A DNA stretch of 61,431 nucleotides, counting the filler. It is 3 parts of 3 records of this genome, joined end to end, with 100 filler letters (N's around TTAATTAATTAA, not from the genome) between each part and the next. Parts side by side here need not be neighbours in the genome. Positions count along the whole stretch, not along the records: positions 30,671 to 50,326 come from SRR31156797_5483; positions 50,427 to 61,431 come from SRR31156797_5493; 1 more part is not named here. One strand, given 5' to 3'. The notes under the pieces are model-generated. The model worked only from the letters and a program-made list of their open reading frames with translations. It ran no database searches and had not been told where the DNA came from. The translations under genes and the position numbers were made by a program. The stretch's first letter is position 1. Every line of letters starts with the position of its first letter. Shown here in pieces: positions 48,036 through 57,173 of the stretch.

Positions 48036-48808
48036 GACCGCGGCCCCGATACGTTGCGCACGCGAATTCCAGCCTGCCGCGCCACCTCGCGGATCTGCGG
48101 CAAAGTCCGCCGGTCGTAGTGCAGGATATCCGCCATCGAAACGGCGTCGGCCTTACCGTCGACGACCACCTGGACCAGATCCGAATCCGCCCCCATGCCG
48201 CCGCTGGCGATCACCGGCACTGGCACCGAAGTGGCGACCCGACGGACCAGATCGATGTCGAAGCCCTTGCGTGTTCCTTCCTGGTCGACCGACGTCAAAA
48301 GAATCTCGCCGGCGCCCAACTCGACGCCCCGCTTGGCCCATTCGATCACATCGAGGCCGGTATGTTCGCGGCCGTTGTCGGTAAACGCCTCCCACTTGCC
48401 GTTATTCTTGCTCTTCGCCTCGATCGACAGAACCATGCACTGGGCGCCGAAATAGTGGGCGATCTCGCCGATCAGCTCCGGCCTGGCGACGGCGGCCGTA
48501 TTGACCGCAACCTTGTCGGCGCCGGCGCGCAAAATTTCGCGGGCATCGTCGACCGAGCGCACACCGCCGCCGACCGTCATCGGGATGAAGACATTCTCGG
48601 CCGCCTTGGTGACGATATCGGTCAGGTTGTTGCGGCCATACAGGCTGGCGACGATGTCCATGTAAATCAGTTCGTCGGCGCCGGCATCGTAATAGCGCCG
48701 CGCGTATTCGTTCGGATCGCCGATGACCCGAAGCCCTTCCAGACGGATGCCCTTGATCAGATTCGGCCCCTTGATATCGAGCCTGGGGATGATCCGTACC
48801 GTACTCAT
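48032..48808 (-). CDS. hisF: HisF-like cyclase subunit (WbuZ-type paralogue)
   Basis: RIIPRLDIKG..LIKG, GGGVRS and GAGEILLTSVDQEGT. Confidence 0.9.
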   Translation of the reverse strand: MSTVRIIPRLDIKGPNLIKGIRLEGLRVIGDPNEYARRYYDAGADELIYMDIVASLYGRNNLTDIVTKAAENVFIPMTVGGGVRSVDDAREILRAGADKVAVNTAAVARPELIGEIAHYFGAQCMVLSIEAKSKNNGKWEAFTDNGREHTGLDVIEWAKRGVELGAGEILLTSVDQEGTRKGFDIDLVRRVATSVPVPVIASGGMGADSDLVQVVVDGKADAVSMADILHYDRRTLPQIREVARQAGIRVRNVSGPRS

Positions 48809-50145
48809 ACGCCTGGCAACGCTTCTTCCCAAATCGTCCGGCGCAGCTTCCATTCGCCGTCTTTGAGCATCCATAAGTGCGGCGAGCGGAACCGATTGGC
48901 CAGCGCATCGAAATAGGCCCGGTCCATGATCGGCTGTTCGAACATCCTGGATGCCACCGGAAATTCCTTCGGCGGCAGGCTCAGGTAGCGGAAAATCTCG
49001 TCGGCGAAGCGATCCGGGAATTCGCCGTCGAAACGGCGGATCAGGGCAACCGCTTCCTCGCGCGTGATGTCGCCCGATCGGACTTCCTGGGCGGAGTCAT
49101 AGGTGGCCCGTCCGATGCCGAATTTGATGAAGGTCGTGTAATAGTGAAAATCGTCGATGCGATCGTCGATGCTGTTGTATTTCGAGTACGTCCCCGGCGT
49201 GCGTTCCGGCGAAGCCTGGAACCCGCCATGTTCGACCGCATGGTAATAAGCCCCCTGGGGATGCCATTTCAGGTAGTAGCCCAGATAGTGCACCTCGACT
49301 TCGGTCTCGGCGATCTTTTGCGGATCGGCCGGATAGTAGGCATCGAGATCGCCCTCGTTGAGACCGTAATTCTCCTTCAGGTCTGCGACCGAAGTGCCGC
49401 CGAAATAGATCTCCGAATCATCCTGGGCGGTGAAATACTCCCAACTGCGGGTTGCCGATTCCGAATCCAGTTGTGGGTTGCCGTATTCGGCCTCGTTCTC
49501 GCCATAAAAAACCAGGGGAATACCGAACAGGATCGCCATCTTCGGCGCGAAGTTCTTTTGCCCGATGATGAAGGGCTGGAACGGATGCAGGATGTTCTCG
49601 ACGGCAAGGCGCGTCAGCAGGCGATGGACACGCCCGTTCGGCGTGCAAAGATAGTTGTCGAAGCCGGCATGGATCCAGGCCTGGAAATTTTTCCAGCCCC
49701 AATCCGTATACATGTGGGGCGCCCAGGTGACGGTCAGGGGATGCATGCCGTACTGATACTTGAGCACATGCGCCTGATAGAAACTGTCCTTGCCGCCGGA
49801 ACCGGGAACCAGACAGTCATAGGACCCGTCGGTGCTTCGGTAACGGTCGCACAGGTTGCGCAATTCGCGGTCGCGTTCGGACCAATCGATGGTCTTCTTG
49901 TCGGCGGCAACCTTGCAGGCGTCGCAAACGCCGTCCGCGTCGAAATGGATGGTCGCCTTTTTCGTTTCCGCCGTGTGTTTGAACTCGATCGCCGAGTTCG
50001 GCCGCTGGTTCGATATCCCGCAATTTCTGCAAAATTCGATATCGAGGGGCAGGCCGTATTTGATCTCGGGATTGTTCAAGCCGGGCGCAAATTTGTTGGC
50101 ATCGAAGGGGATTTTTTCCGGATCTTTGTGCATGCGGCGCACCAT
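48805..50145 (-). CDS. N-acetyl sugar amidotransferase (WbuX/PseA-like)
   Basis: CxxC pairs, PP-loop SGGKDS, YGEN.AEYG and KFGIGRA. Confidence 0.9.
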   Translation of the reverse strand: MVRRMHKDPEKIPFDANKFAPGLNNPEIKYGLPLDIEFCRNCGISNQRPNSAIEFKHTAETKKATIHFDADGVCDACKVAADKKTIDWSERDRELRNLCDRYRSTDGSYDCLVPGSGGKDSFYQAHVLKYQYGMHPLTVTWAPHMYTDWGWKNFQAWIHAGFDNYLCTPNGRVHRLLTRLAVENILHPFQPFIIGQKNFAPKMAILFGIPLVFYGENEAEYGNPQLDSESATRSWEYFTAQDDSEIYFGGTSVADLKENYGLNEGDLDAYYPADPQKIAETEVEVHYLGYYLKWHPQGAYYHAVEHGGFQASPERTPGTYSKYNSIDDRIDDFHYYTTFIKFGIGRATYDSAQEVRSGDITREEAVALIRRFDGEFPDRFADEIFRYLSLPPKEFPVASRMFEQPIMDRAYFDALANRFRSPHLWMLKDGEWKLRRTIWEEALPGV

Positions 50146-50326
50146 TCTGTTGCGACCCGAATTGATGCTTCGGGTGCCATTGACGAGGCTTATTCTATAT
50201 CGGCGGCATTATGATATCCTAACGGTTAACGAGGAGTTGCCGCCTGCCGGTTCGTAGCCTTCGCGCGGCGCGACGACCGCGGGTCTAAGCCTTTTGGAGG
50301 ATGAACGCGGTCCCGACAACATGGAA

Positions 50327-50426
50327 NNNNNNNNNNNNNNNNNNNNNNNNNNNNNNNNNNNNNNNNNNNNTTAATTAATTAANNNNNNNNNNNNNNNNNN
50401 NNNNNNNNNNNNNNNNNNNNNNNNNN
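50327..50426. other. Artificial contig spacer
   Basis: N runs flank TTAATTAATTAA (50371-50382). Confidence 0.98.
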
Positions 50427-50484
50427 AAGGGTTTAAGAATCCCAAAAACTTTTAGTAGGCTTCGCCACTTTGTACGACAAATCG

Positions 50485-51102
50485 TTATTGGGCTATAACT
50501 TCGAAAGCTTTGCCCAGTTTATTTATATCTTTTTTACCCGGTTCGGATTCCACACCGGAATTCAGATCAACACCGTGCGGTTTGGCTGTTTTTAATGCCT
50601 CTTTTAAATTATCGACTGAAAGACCTCCAGCCAACAACCACGAAACCGGGATGCTCACATCCTTAAAAACCTCAAAAGAGAGTGACTTGCCATGGCCGCC
50701 ACCGCAGTTACCGGCATCAAACAACATATAAGTGCAGTACGGTGCAAAGCGGTCAATATCAGCCTGAAACTCTTTTGCCGACTCATACTTCTGAGGCCAG
50801 AGCACTTTGATAACCCGCTCTTTACCCACGGCCTTGCAGAATTCCTCATTCTGTCCGCCGTGGAGTTGCGCGAAATCCAACTCTCCGTTTTTCAAAGTCT
50901 CAATCACTTCCGCTGCACTCTGCTTTACGAATACACCTACTTTTTTTGCTCTGTCAGTTTTAACAGAGCTAGCAAAGTCCGCATCCACATTGCGCGGGCT
51001 GGAAGGATGAAAAATGAATCCCAAAAAATCCGCGCCCTGCTCTTCACACATGGCTGCATCTTCTTTGGAAGTCATTCCGCATACCTTAACCAGCAAACTC
51101 AT
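50485..51102 (-). CDS. trpF: Phosphoribosylanthranilate isomerase
   Basis: KVCGMT, SPRNV, QLHG, LAGGL and DLNSGVE. Confidence 0.95.
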   Translation of the reverse strand: MSLLVKVCGMTSKEDAAMCEEQGADFLGFIFHPSSPRNVDADFASSVKTDRAKKVGVFVKQSAAEVIETLKNGELDFAQLHGGQNEEFCKAVGKERVIKVLWPQKYESAKEFQADIDRFAPYCTYMLFDAGNCGGGHGKSLSFEVFKDVSIPVSWLLAGGLSVDNLKEALKTAKPHGVDLNSGVESEPGKKDINKLGKAFEVIAQ

Positions 51103-51878
51103 GAACGGCCTCCGGCCACCAAAGCAGCCAGCTTGGCCTGCGGATCAGGACTGGACATGATTGAAGTACCGATAAGCACGGTATCGTAACCAAGTTCGTT
51201 CATCTGTGCGCAATCTTCAGGCTCGCTGATTCCACTGGCACAAATCCAGATTTCGCCTTCTTCCTTGAGTTTGATGAACTCAACAGAGCGGTTCATGTCG
51301 ATGCCAAGGGTATCGAGATCACGGTTGTTGATCTGAATGATCCGAGCTCCGGCCTGTTTGGCCCGCTTAAGATCAACATCATCAAAAGCTTCGACCACCG
51401 CGTCCAGCCCTGCGGCATGGGTACACTCAATCATTTCCTTGAGATACCCGTCATCTTCAAACATGCGCACGATGACCAGCAATGCCGAAGCCGGGGTAGC
51501 CAAAGTCTGCTCAATCTGCATCAGATCAGTAAGGAAATCCTTGCGCAGCATGGGCAGTCCGCTGGATTTTATTTCATCAAGGTAGCTCAAGTTGCCTTTA
51601 AAGTACTCTTCTTCAGTGAGCACGGAAATGGCAGAAGCACCGCCGGCAGCGTAGATATTGGCAACATCCGCAGCACTCAGCCCAAGATTAATATCACCCT
51701 TGGACGGAGAAGCACGCTTATACTCGGCAACGACCTTCAGACCGGATTCGTCACGACGGATTGCATCAGCAAAGGAGGAACGATCACCCGCATAAGGGGT
51801 GAATTTCTGCCCTTCGGCCTGCATGCGGGCCAACATATCCAGCTCGGCTTGTTTTGCTTTTCTGAATTTATCAAGCAT
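51099..51878 (-). CDS. trpC: Indole-3-glycerol phosphate synthase
   Basis: AEYKRASPSKG, SVLTE, LRKDF and INNRDL. Confidence 0.95.
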   Translation of the reverse strand: MLDKFRKAKQAELDMLARMQAEGQKFTPYAGDRSSFADAIRRDESGLKVVAEYKRASPSKGDINLGLSAADVANIYAAGGASAISVLTEEEYFKGNLSYLDEIKSSGLPMLRKDFLTDLMQIEQTLATPASALLVIVRMFEDDGYLKEMIECTHAAGLDAVVEAFDDVDLKRAKQAGARIIQINNRDLDTLGIDMNRSVEFIKLKEEGEIWICASGISEPEDCAQMNELGYDTVLIGTSIMSSPDPQAKLAALVAGGRS

Positions 51879-51881
51879 GGC

Positions 51882-52871
51882 TTAGTATTCCTTATCCACG
51901 CCTTTAGCGACTTTAGCTTTAGCTCTTTCCACACCCTCTTTCAAAGAAACATCGTCCAGAATCGAAATGGCTGCGCCGAGGTTCAGAGCCACCATGTCGA
52001 GCATTGCCTGCGGAGCAGTTCCAGCCAAAACCTTGCGGATTGCTGCCAGCGCTTCATTACGATTTTTAACCGCCACATCTTCAGGACTAGCTTTTGCGAA
52101 TCCATAGTCAGCAGGATCAATCTTAACTTCGGTCAGTTCACCATTTTCCACCAAAATCGCATCATTCACACCAAACTGGGTCAATTCATCAAAATGACCT
52201 GCGCCGTGCACAACATAAGCCTTTTCCACCTTAGTCAACACCAGCACTTCGGCCATGAGACGCAAGATTTCCGGCCTCCCCACGCCTACAATCTGGTGAG
52301 TGGGGCGAACGGGGTTCAGCAGGGGACCCATGAGGTTAAACAGGGTCGGAATTCCCAACTCTTTGCGGATCGGAGCTATTTTTGCGAAGGCCGGGTGGTA
52401 ATTGGGGGCAAACAGGAACACAAATTTGTCCCGCAACAGCACATCACGCGCTTCATTCACCGAAACGTCCAGCGAAATGCCCATCGCTTCCAGCACATCT
52501 GCGCTGCCGCAGGTCGAAGAAACCGCCCGATTACCGTGTTTGGTAACAAGGTAGCCCATGTCGGCAAGGTAAAGAGATACCGCGGTTGAGCAGTTGAAAC
52601 TGTTGGAACCGTCTCCTCCGGTACCTACAGTGTCGATGCATTTGCTGTTAATGCCCTTGATCAACTTGGCCTCGCGCAGGGCTGCGCGTACACCAGCAGC
52701 AACTTCAACCGCTTTTTCGCCCTTGGTACGCAGCCCCATGAGCAGCGCGCCCGCCTGAGCCTGAGTCATTTCACCGGAAAAGAGTTCCTCGAATACCGCA
52801 TCAGCCTGTTCAGTGGTCAGATCCTGACCGGAAGAAAGAGCAGTCAGAGCTTCGCTAATTATCTGTGACAT
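51882..52871 (-). CDS. trpD: Anthranilate phosphoribosyltransferase
   Basis: [26 protein letters not shown] and FN.MGPL.NP. Confidence 0.96.
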   Translation of the reverse strand: MSQIISEALTALSSGQDLTTEQADAVFEELFSGEMTQAQAGALLMGLRTKGEKAVEVAAGVRAALREAKLIKGINSKCIDTVGTGGDGSNSFNCSTAVSLYLADMGYLVTKHGNRAVSSTCGSADVLEAMGISLDVSVNEARDVLLRDKFVFLFAPNYHPAFAKIAPIRKELGIPTLFNLMGPLLNPVRPTHQIVGVGRPEILRLMAEVLVLTKVEKAYVVHGAGHFDELTQFGVNDAILVENGELTEVKIDPADYGFAKASPEDVAVKNRNEALAAIRKVLAGTAPQAMLDMVALNLGAAISILDDVSLKEGVERAKAKVAKGVDKEY

Positions 52872-52901
52872 TTTTATTTCCTTCTATATATAATGATAGA
52901 G

Positions 52902-53474
52902 CTAAATATTTCCGTCCAAGAAGTTCTTCAAAAGCTTCGGTCCATCGGGAGTCAAAATAGATTCGGGATGAAACTGAAGTCCTGTCCATGGACGGTCCTT
53001 GTAGCGTAAGCCCATGACTTCATCCTGATCAGTCCATGCGGTCAGCTCCAACTTGTCCGGGGCTTCATCAACATTGACCACCAGCGAATGGTAGCGGCAA
53101 ACGTTAAACGGATTGTCCAGACCTGTAAAAATGCCTTCATTCTTGTGATGAACATCGGAAGTCTTGCCATGCATAATCCGTCCGGCACGGACTACGGATG
53201 CTCCGGCAAAATGTCCCAAAGTCTGATGTCCCAGACAAACGCCGAGCACCGGGATTTCCTTGGGCAAACGAGAGAGAAATTCAAGGGACAGCCCTGCATT
53301 TTCCGGGGTACTCGGTCCGGGGGAAAGGCAGACCCGCTCAAGTTTGCCGGACTCGGCCAGCTCTAAAATTTCCTCACGGTCATTGCGCAGCACCAGCGGA
53401 TCGGCCCCCAGTTGCTGGAAAGCCTGCACCAAATTGAAGGTAAATGAATCAAAATTATCTACGAGTAAAAACAT
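52902..53474 (-). CDS. trpG: Anthranilate synthase component II
   Basis: DNFDSFTFNL, SPGP, GVCLGHQ, RYHSL and QFHPES. Confidence 0.95.
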   Translation of the reverse strand: MFLLVDNFDSFTFNLVQAFQQLGADPLVLRNDREEILELAESGKLERVCLSPGPSTPENAGLSLEFLSRLPKEIPVLGVCLGHQTLGHFAGASVVRAGRIMHGKTSDVHHKNEGIFTGLDNPFNVCRYHSLVVNVDEAPDKLELTAWTDQDEVMGLRYKDRPWTGLQFHPESILTPDGPKLLKNFLDGNI

Positions 53475-54870
53475 CACCGCCCTCCGACTGCAGAATTTCC
53501 TTAAGTACCCTTGCCTTGTTGTTGCACTCCTTCCATTCCATTTCAGGATCGGAATCATAAACGATTCCGGCCCCGGCTTGCCAATGGCACTTGCCGTCAC
53601 GAATCCACATGGAACGGATGGTAATCCCGGTATCAAGGTTCACAGTATCCTTATCCAGACCGATGAAACCGATGCAGCCGCCGTAAGGGCCGCGCGGAAC
53701 GTCCTCAATCTCGGAAATTATTTCCATGGCCCTGATTTTCGGAGCACCCGAAAGGGTTCCTGCCGGGAAGGTGGCCTGCAGCACATCGATGGCATCATGA
53801 TCATCACGCAAATCCGCCTCCACATAGGATGTAATATGCATGACATGGCTGAAGTATTCGATCTGTTTGAATTTTTCGACGGTAACGGTACCTGGTTTGG
53901 CAATACGTCCGAGGTCATTGCGACCGAGGTCAACCAGCATAACGTGTTCGGCTATTTCCTTGGGATCGGCAAGCAGCTCTTCAGCAAACTTGCGGTCCCC
54001 TGCAGCATCCTTGCCACGCGGACGGGTTCCGGCGATGGGCCGAACTTCCAGCCTGCCCTTTTCACAACGGGCCATCATTTCAGGAGATGAACCGAGCAGA
54101 ATTTCCTCGCGGCTGAACTTCATATAAAACATGAACGGTGAAGGGTTGGCCTGACGCAAACGACGGTAAAGATCGAAAGAGTCACCGCTAAAGGGAGCGG
54201 AAAAACGGGTGGACAACACCACCTGAATGCACTCGCCTTGAGTTATCAAATCCTTAACCTTATTAACCCCTTCCATATATTTTTCCTTACCCGGAACAGC
54301 CACCGGATCACCAACCTTGGTGGGCTCGCACTCGGCACCGAAAACAGGCGGTGTAAATTCAGGAGCGTCGTCCTTATCAAGGGAAAGGAAACAACAGCTA
54401 TGCTTGAGATGGTCGAAGAGAACCACCCTTCCGGGCAAAGCCAAGCGGACCTCGGCATCATCTGCGGGTAACTTATCTTTGAGCTTCGGCTCCAACATTC
54501 CGGCAATACCATAGCCGAGTGTACCGTAGAGACCACGGGTCAGGGCGGGCAGTTCGCCCACTTCCGGCTGGGCATTAAGATGCAAGGCCTTCATGACCGC
54601 ACGCATGCCCTCTAGAAAATCCATACCCGAATAAGTTGCCAGTCCAGCCAGCCTTGAATCCGCACATTCCACGGACAGCTTGCCGCGCACAGGAGAAAGC
54701 TTAAGCCTGAAATCCCACGCGATGAGGCTGTAGCGTCCAAGTCGCCCGTCAACCTCGGCACTTTCCAATAGAATCCCCGGCGCATCACCCACCAAGCCCA
54801 GATACAGGCTGATCGGTGTCTGCGTATCAGCCGGCAACCATTTGCCGTACTGGGTAAGTTCAATTTTCAT
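53455..54870 (-). CDS. trpE: Anthranilate synthase component I
   Basis: LLES, NPSPFM, PIAGTRPRG, EHVMLVDLGRND and PAGTLSGAPK. GGAG RBS. Confidence 0.95.
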   Translation of the reverse strand: MKIELTQYGKWLPADTQTPISLYLGLVGDAPGILLESAEVDGRLGRYSLIAWDFRLKLSPVRGKLSVECADSRLAGLATYSGMDFLEGMRAVMKALHLNAQPEVGELPALTRGLYGTLGYGIAGMLEPKLKDKLPADDAEVRLALPGRVVLFDHLKHSCCFLSLDKDDAPEFTPPVFGAECEPTKVGDPVAVPGKEKYMEGVNKVKDLITQGECIQVVLSTRFSAPFSGDSFDLYRRLRQANPSPFMFYMKFSREEILLGSSPEMMARCEKGRLEVRPIAGTRPRGKDAAGDRKFAEELLADPKEIAEHVMLVDLGRNDLGRIAKPGTVTVEKFKQIEYFSHVMHITSYVEADLRDDHDAIDVLQATFPAGTLSGAPKIRAMEIISEIEDVPRGPYGGCIGFIGLDKDTVNLDTGITIRSMWIRDGKCHWQAGAGIVYDSDPEMEWKECNNKARVLKEILQSEGGDVFTRR

Positions 54871-54954
54871 CTTAAATTTCTCCGTATCCGGTTTAACTTT
54901 TCGTAATAAGCTGTTTGACAACTTATTGTAATCGCTCACACCAATTTTTAATAT

Positions 54955-54990
54955 AAAAAAAAGACCGCGTTCTGGGAGAACGCGGTCTTT
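54955..54990 (-). terminator. Intrinsic terminator between tyrA and trpE (attenuator 3:4 hairpin)
   Basis: AAAGACCGCGTTCT-CCC-AGAACGCGGTCTTT is a perfect 14-bp stem running into T8. Confidence 0.88.
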
Positions 54991-55013
54991 ATCTTTTTTA
55001 GATGCACTTCTCC

Positions 55014-55790
55014 CTAGGTATTGTTGTCACGCCACCACCAAGAAGCACGGTCTGCAAGCAGGTCCATGTCACCTGCTGCTGCTAGAGAAAGAAAAGAACG
55101 GAATAGACGGGTCGCTTCCTGACTGTACTGGTTGGCATCAGTAATAGTCCCGAAGAGATCGCTGTCCTGAGTAACCATCTTGCGCGCGGATTCGAGCCTG
55201 CGCTTGAAAGACGGGGTTACAAATTTTTTGATATTGGGAATTTCCCGGGAGCAGGCCAAAAATGCAATTGTAGAACTGAAGTTCAAGGCCTGAATCATAG
55301 CCATGGCCTTGTCATGTTCTTCAACCGAAGATTCAAAAGCACCGAAATTAAGGCGTTCGAAAAAATCCTTCACTGCCAGCATGGAGGGACGGTCCTCTTC
55401 ACGCTCGGCAACAAGAGCCACGTTAGGTTCGAAATCCTGCGGAATCACCGGTCCGAACAACGGATGAGTGCCAACTACAGGACCATCGTAAGCACGGTGC
55501 ATCTGCTGTACCGGACGGCCTTTGACCGAACCGACATCAGAAAGAATCGCGCCTTTTTTCATATGCGGAATAACCACGGGCAGAACCTCGTCCATGACCG
55601 TCACCGGGATACACAGTATCACCAGATCTGTATCCGGCAGACGGCGAGCCATTTTCTCCTCATCAAGAGGCGTATCAAAACGGTAAACCATCATTCCTGC
55701 CCGTTCGGCAGTGAGCGCGAGGAAGCCCCCCATCTGCCCACGGGACCCGATGATGGCTACGCTATGTATTTTTTCAAACTCGCACTCCAT
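55014..55790 (-). CDS. tyrA: Prephenate/arogenate dehydrogenase with C-terminal WWW
   Basis: IIGSRGQMG, DVGSVK, HPLFGP and EHDKAMA.IQ. Ends ...ASWWWRDNNT*. Confidence 0.92.
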   Translation of the reverse strand: MECEFEKIHSVAIIGSRGQMGGFLALTAERAGMMVYRFDTPLDEEKMARRLPDTDLVILCIPVTVMDEVLPVVIPHMKKGAILSDVGSVKGRPVQQMHRAYDGPVVGTHPLFGPVIPQDFEPNVALVAEREEDRPSMLAVKDFFERLNFGAFESSVEEHDKAMAMIQALNFSSTIAFLACSREIPNIKKFVTPSFKRRLESARKMVTQDSDLFGTITDANQYSQEATRLFRSFLSLAAAGDMDLLADRASWWWRDNNT

Positions 55791-55792
55791 GA

Positions 55793-57127
55793 CTAACAAC
55801 CATTTCCTTTTTTAACTTTTTCCCATTCATCCCAGAAACCGGGGAAAGATTTAGCTACACATCCTGGTTCTGCGGGAATTGATTCAATACCTGCCATGGC
55901 AAAAATCGCAGTACACATCGCAAGGCGATGATCATCATAGGTATCGAAGACAATGCGCTCGTCCTTCTTGAGCGGTGCCGGAATGATGGTAATGGAATCA
56001 GCAGTAATCTCTGCCTTGCCACCGGCACGCATGACCTCGGCAGCACTAGCTTCGAGGCGGTCACATTCCTTGATACGCAGATGGGCCACATTGGTGATGG
56101 TGGTTGGACTGTCCGCAAAGGCAGCAACAACCGCCACAGTAGGCACCAGATCAGGACATTTGCCCATGTCCACTTCCACTCCGTGCAACTTGGAGGGGTA
56201 GACGGTCACGCTATGATCGTCACTTTCGATCTTAACACCCATGGACTCAAGGATGTACATGATTGCCCGGTCACCCTGAAGGGAATTTACGTTCATTCCT
56301 TCAATCTTAACAGGATTGTTACCTACGGCCCCGGCTGCGAGGAAGTATGAAGCGTTAGACCAATCACCTTCCACGCGGTATTCATCTCGCTCAAACTTGG
56401 AAGGCTCGACCACAAAACGGATTTCACCGGGAACAACCTTCTCAACTTTTCTCCAATCTATCTTTTTCCATTCGCCGTTCTCTTTAAGCTGAACTTCGAA
56501 TTTTACCCGGAAATCTTCCATGACATTAAGAGTCAGAGCAACGTAAGGCCATGAAACCGCTTTCTTGCCGATTACATTGATGATGGTAGTCTCATCAGCA
56601 AGCGGTGCACCAAGCAGCAGACCGGAGAGGTATTGGCTGGATTCCTCAAGGGAAATATCCATTTCCTTACCTTTGAAACCGGAAGCTTCAAGAGTTACCG
56701 GAGGGTAGCCCTGCTTATCAGAAAAAGTAACCTTAGTACCTTGGGATTCCAGCGCGCTGGTCAATGCCCCGATGGGTCTATCATGCATACGCGGTGTACC
56801 CTGCACTCTGAACAATCCTTTGCCCGCACCAGCCAGTGCAGTAATCAAACGGCAGGTGGTACCGGAATCACGCATTTCCAGAACCGCAGGTTCCTTTACA
56901 CCGCCCCTGGGACCGCCATCCATACCGGTAACGTTGGTAGCAGTTCCATCAATCTTGAACTGCGCGCCCATGGTGGTCAGGCAATCCATGGTCCGGTTGA
57001 TATCGTTACTGTCCAGAGGATCAAGAACAACGGTATTTCCATCAGACAATGCCCCGGCGATCAAGGCTCTATGTGAGAGCGATTTAGATGAAGGAGCTTT
57101 AATTACGATTACATTTTCAGAAGTCAT
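55793..57127 (-). CDS. aroA: EPSP synthase
   Basis: SKSLSHR, SGTTCR, SSQYLSGLL, LRIKECDR and DDHRLAM. Confidence 0.96.
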   Translation of the reverse strand: MTSENVIVIKAPSSKSLSHRALIAGALSDGNTVVLDPLDSNDINRTMDCLTTMGAQFKIDGTATNVTGMDGGPRGGVKEPAVLEMRDSGTTCRLITALAGAGKGLFRVQGTPRMHDRPIGALTSALESQGTKVTFSDKQGYPPVTLEASGFKGKEMDISLEESSQYLSGLLLGAPLADETTIINVIGKKAVSWPYVALTLNVMEDFRVKFEVQLKENGEWKKIDWRKVEKVVPGEIRFVVEPSKFERDEYRVEGDWSNASYFLAAGAVGNNPVKIEGMNVNSLQGDRAIMYILESMGVKIESDDHSVTVYPSKLHGVEVDMGKCPDLVPTVAVVAAFADSPTTITNVAHLRIKECDRLEASAAEVMRAGGKAEITADSITIIPAPLKKDERIVFDTYDDHRLAMCTAIFAMAGIESIPAEPGCVAKSFPGFWDEWEKVKKGNGC

Positions 57128-57173
57128 TTTATATATTCCCGGCTTATTAAGCCTAGTAAAATTCTTTATTTTA

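Noticed and set aside
47382-48808. Histidine biosynthesis operon
   Set aside because: No other his genes are present. Coupling to an N-acetyl sugar amidotransferase points to glycan-modifying paralogues.
30700-50260. Long antisense or overlapping ORFs (e.g. 33870-34964, 37698-39149, 46234-47343, 48877-50214)
   Set aside because: These are shadow ORFs expected opposite real genes in high-GC DNA, with no recognisable motifs.
30571-50426. GC-rich block as a horizontally acquired island, and any functional link between the MCP and the flagellar genes
   Set aside because: Both boundaries are artificial N/TTAATTAATTAA spacers, so the three segments are separate contigs from different organisms.
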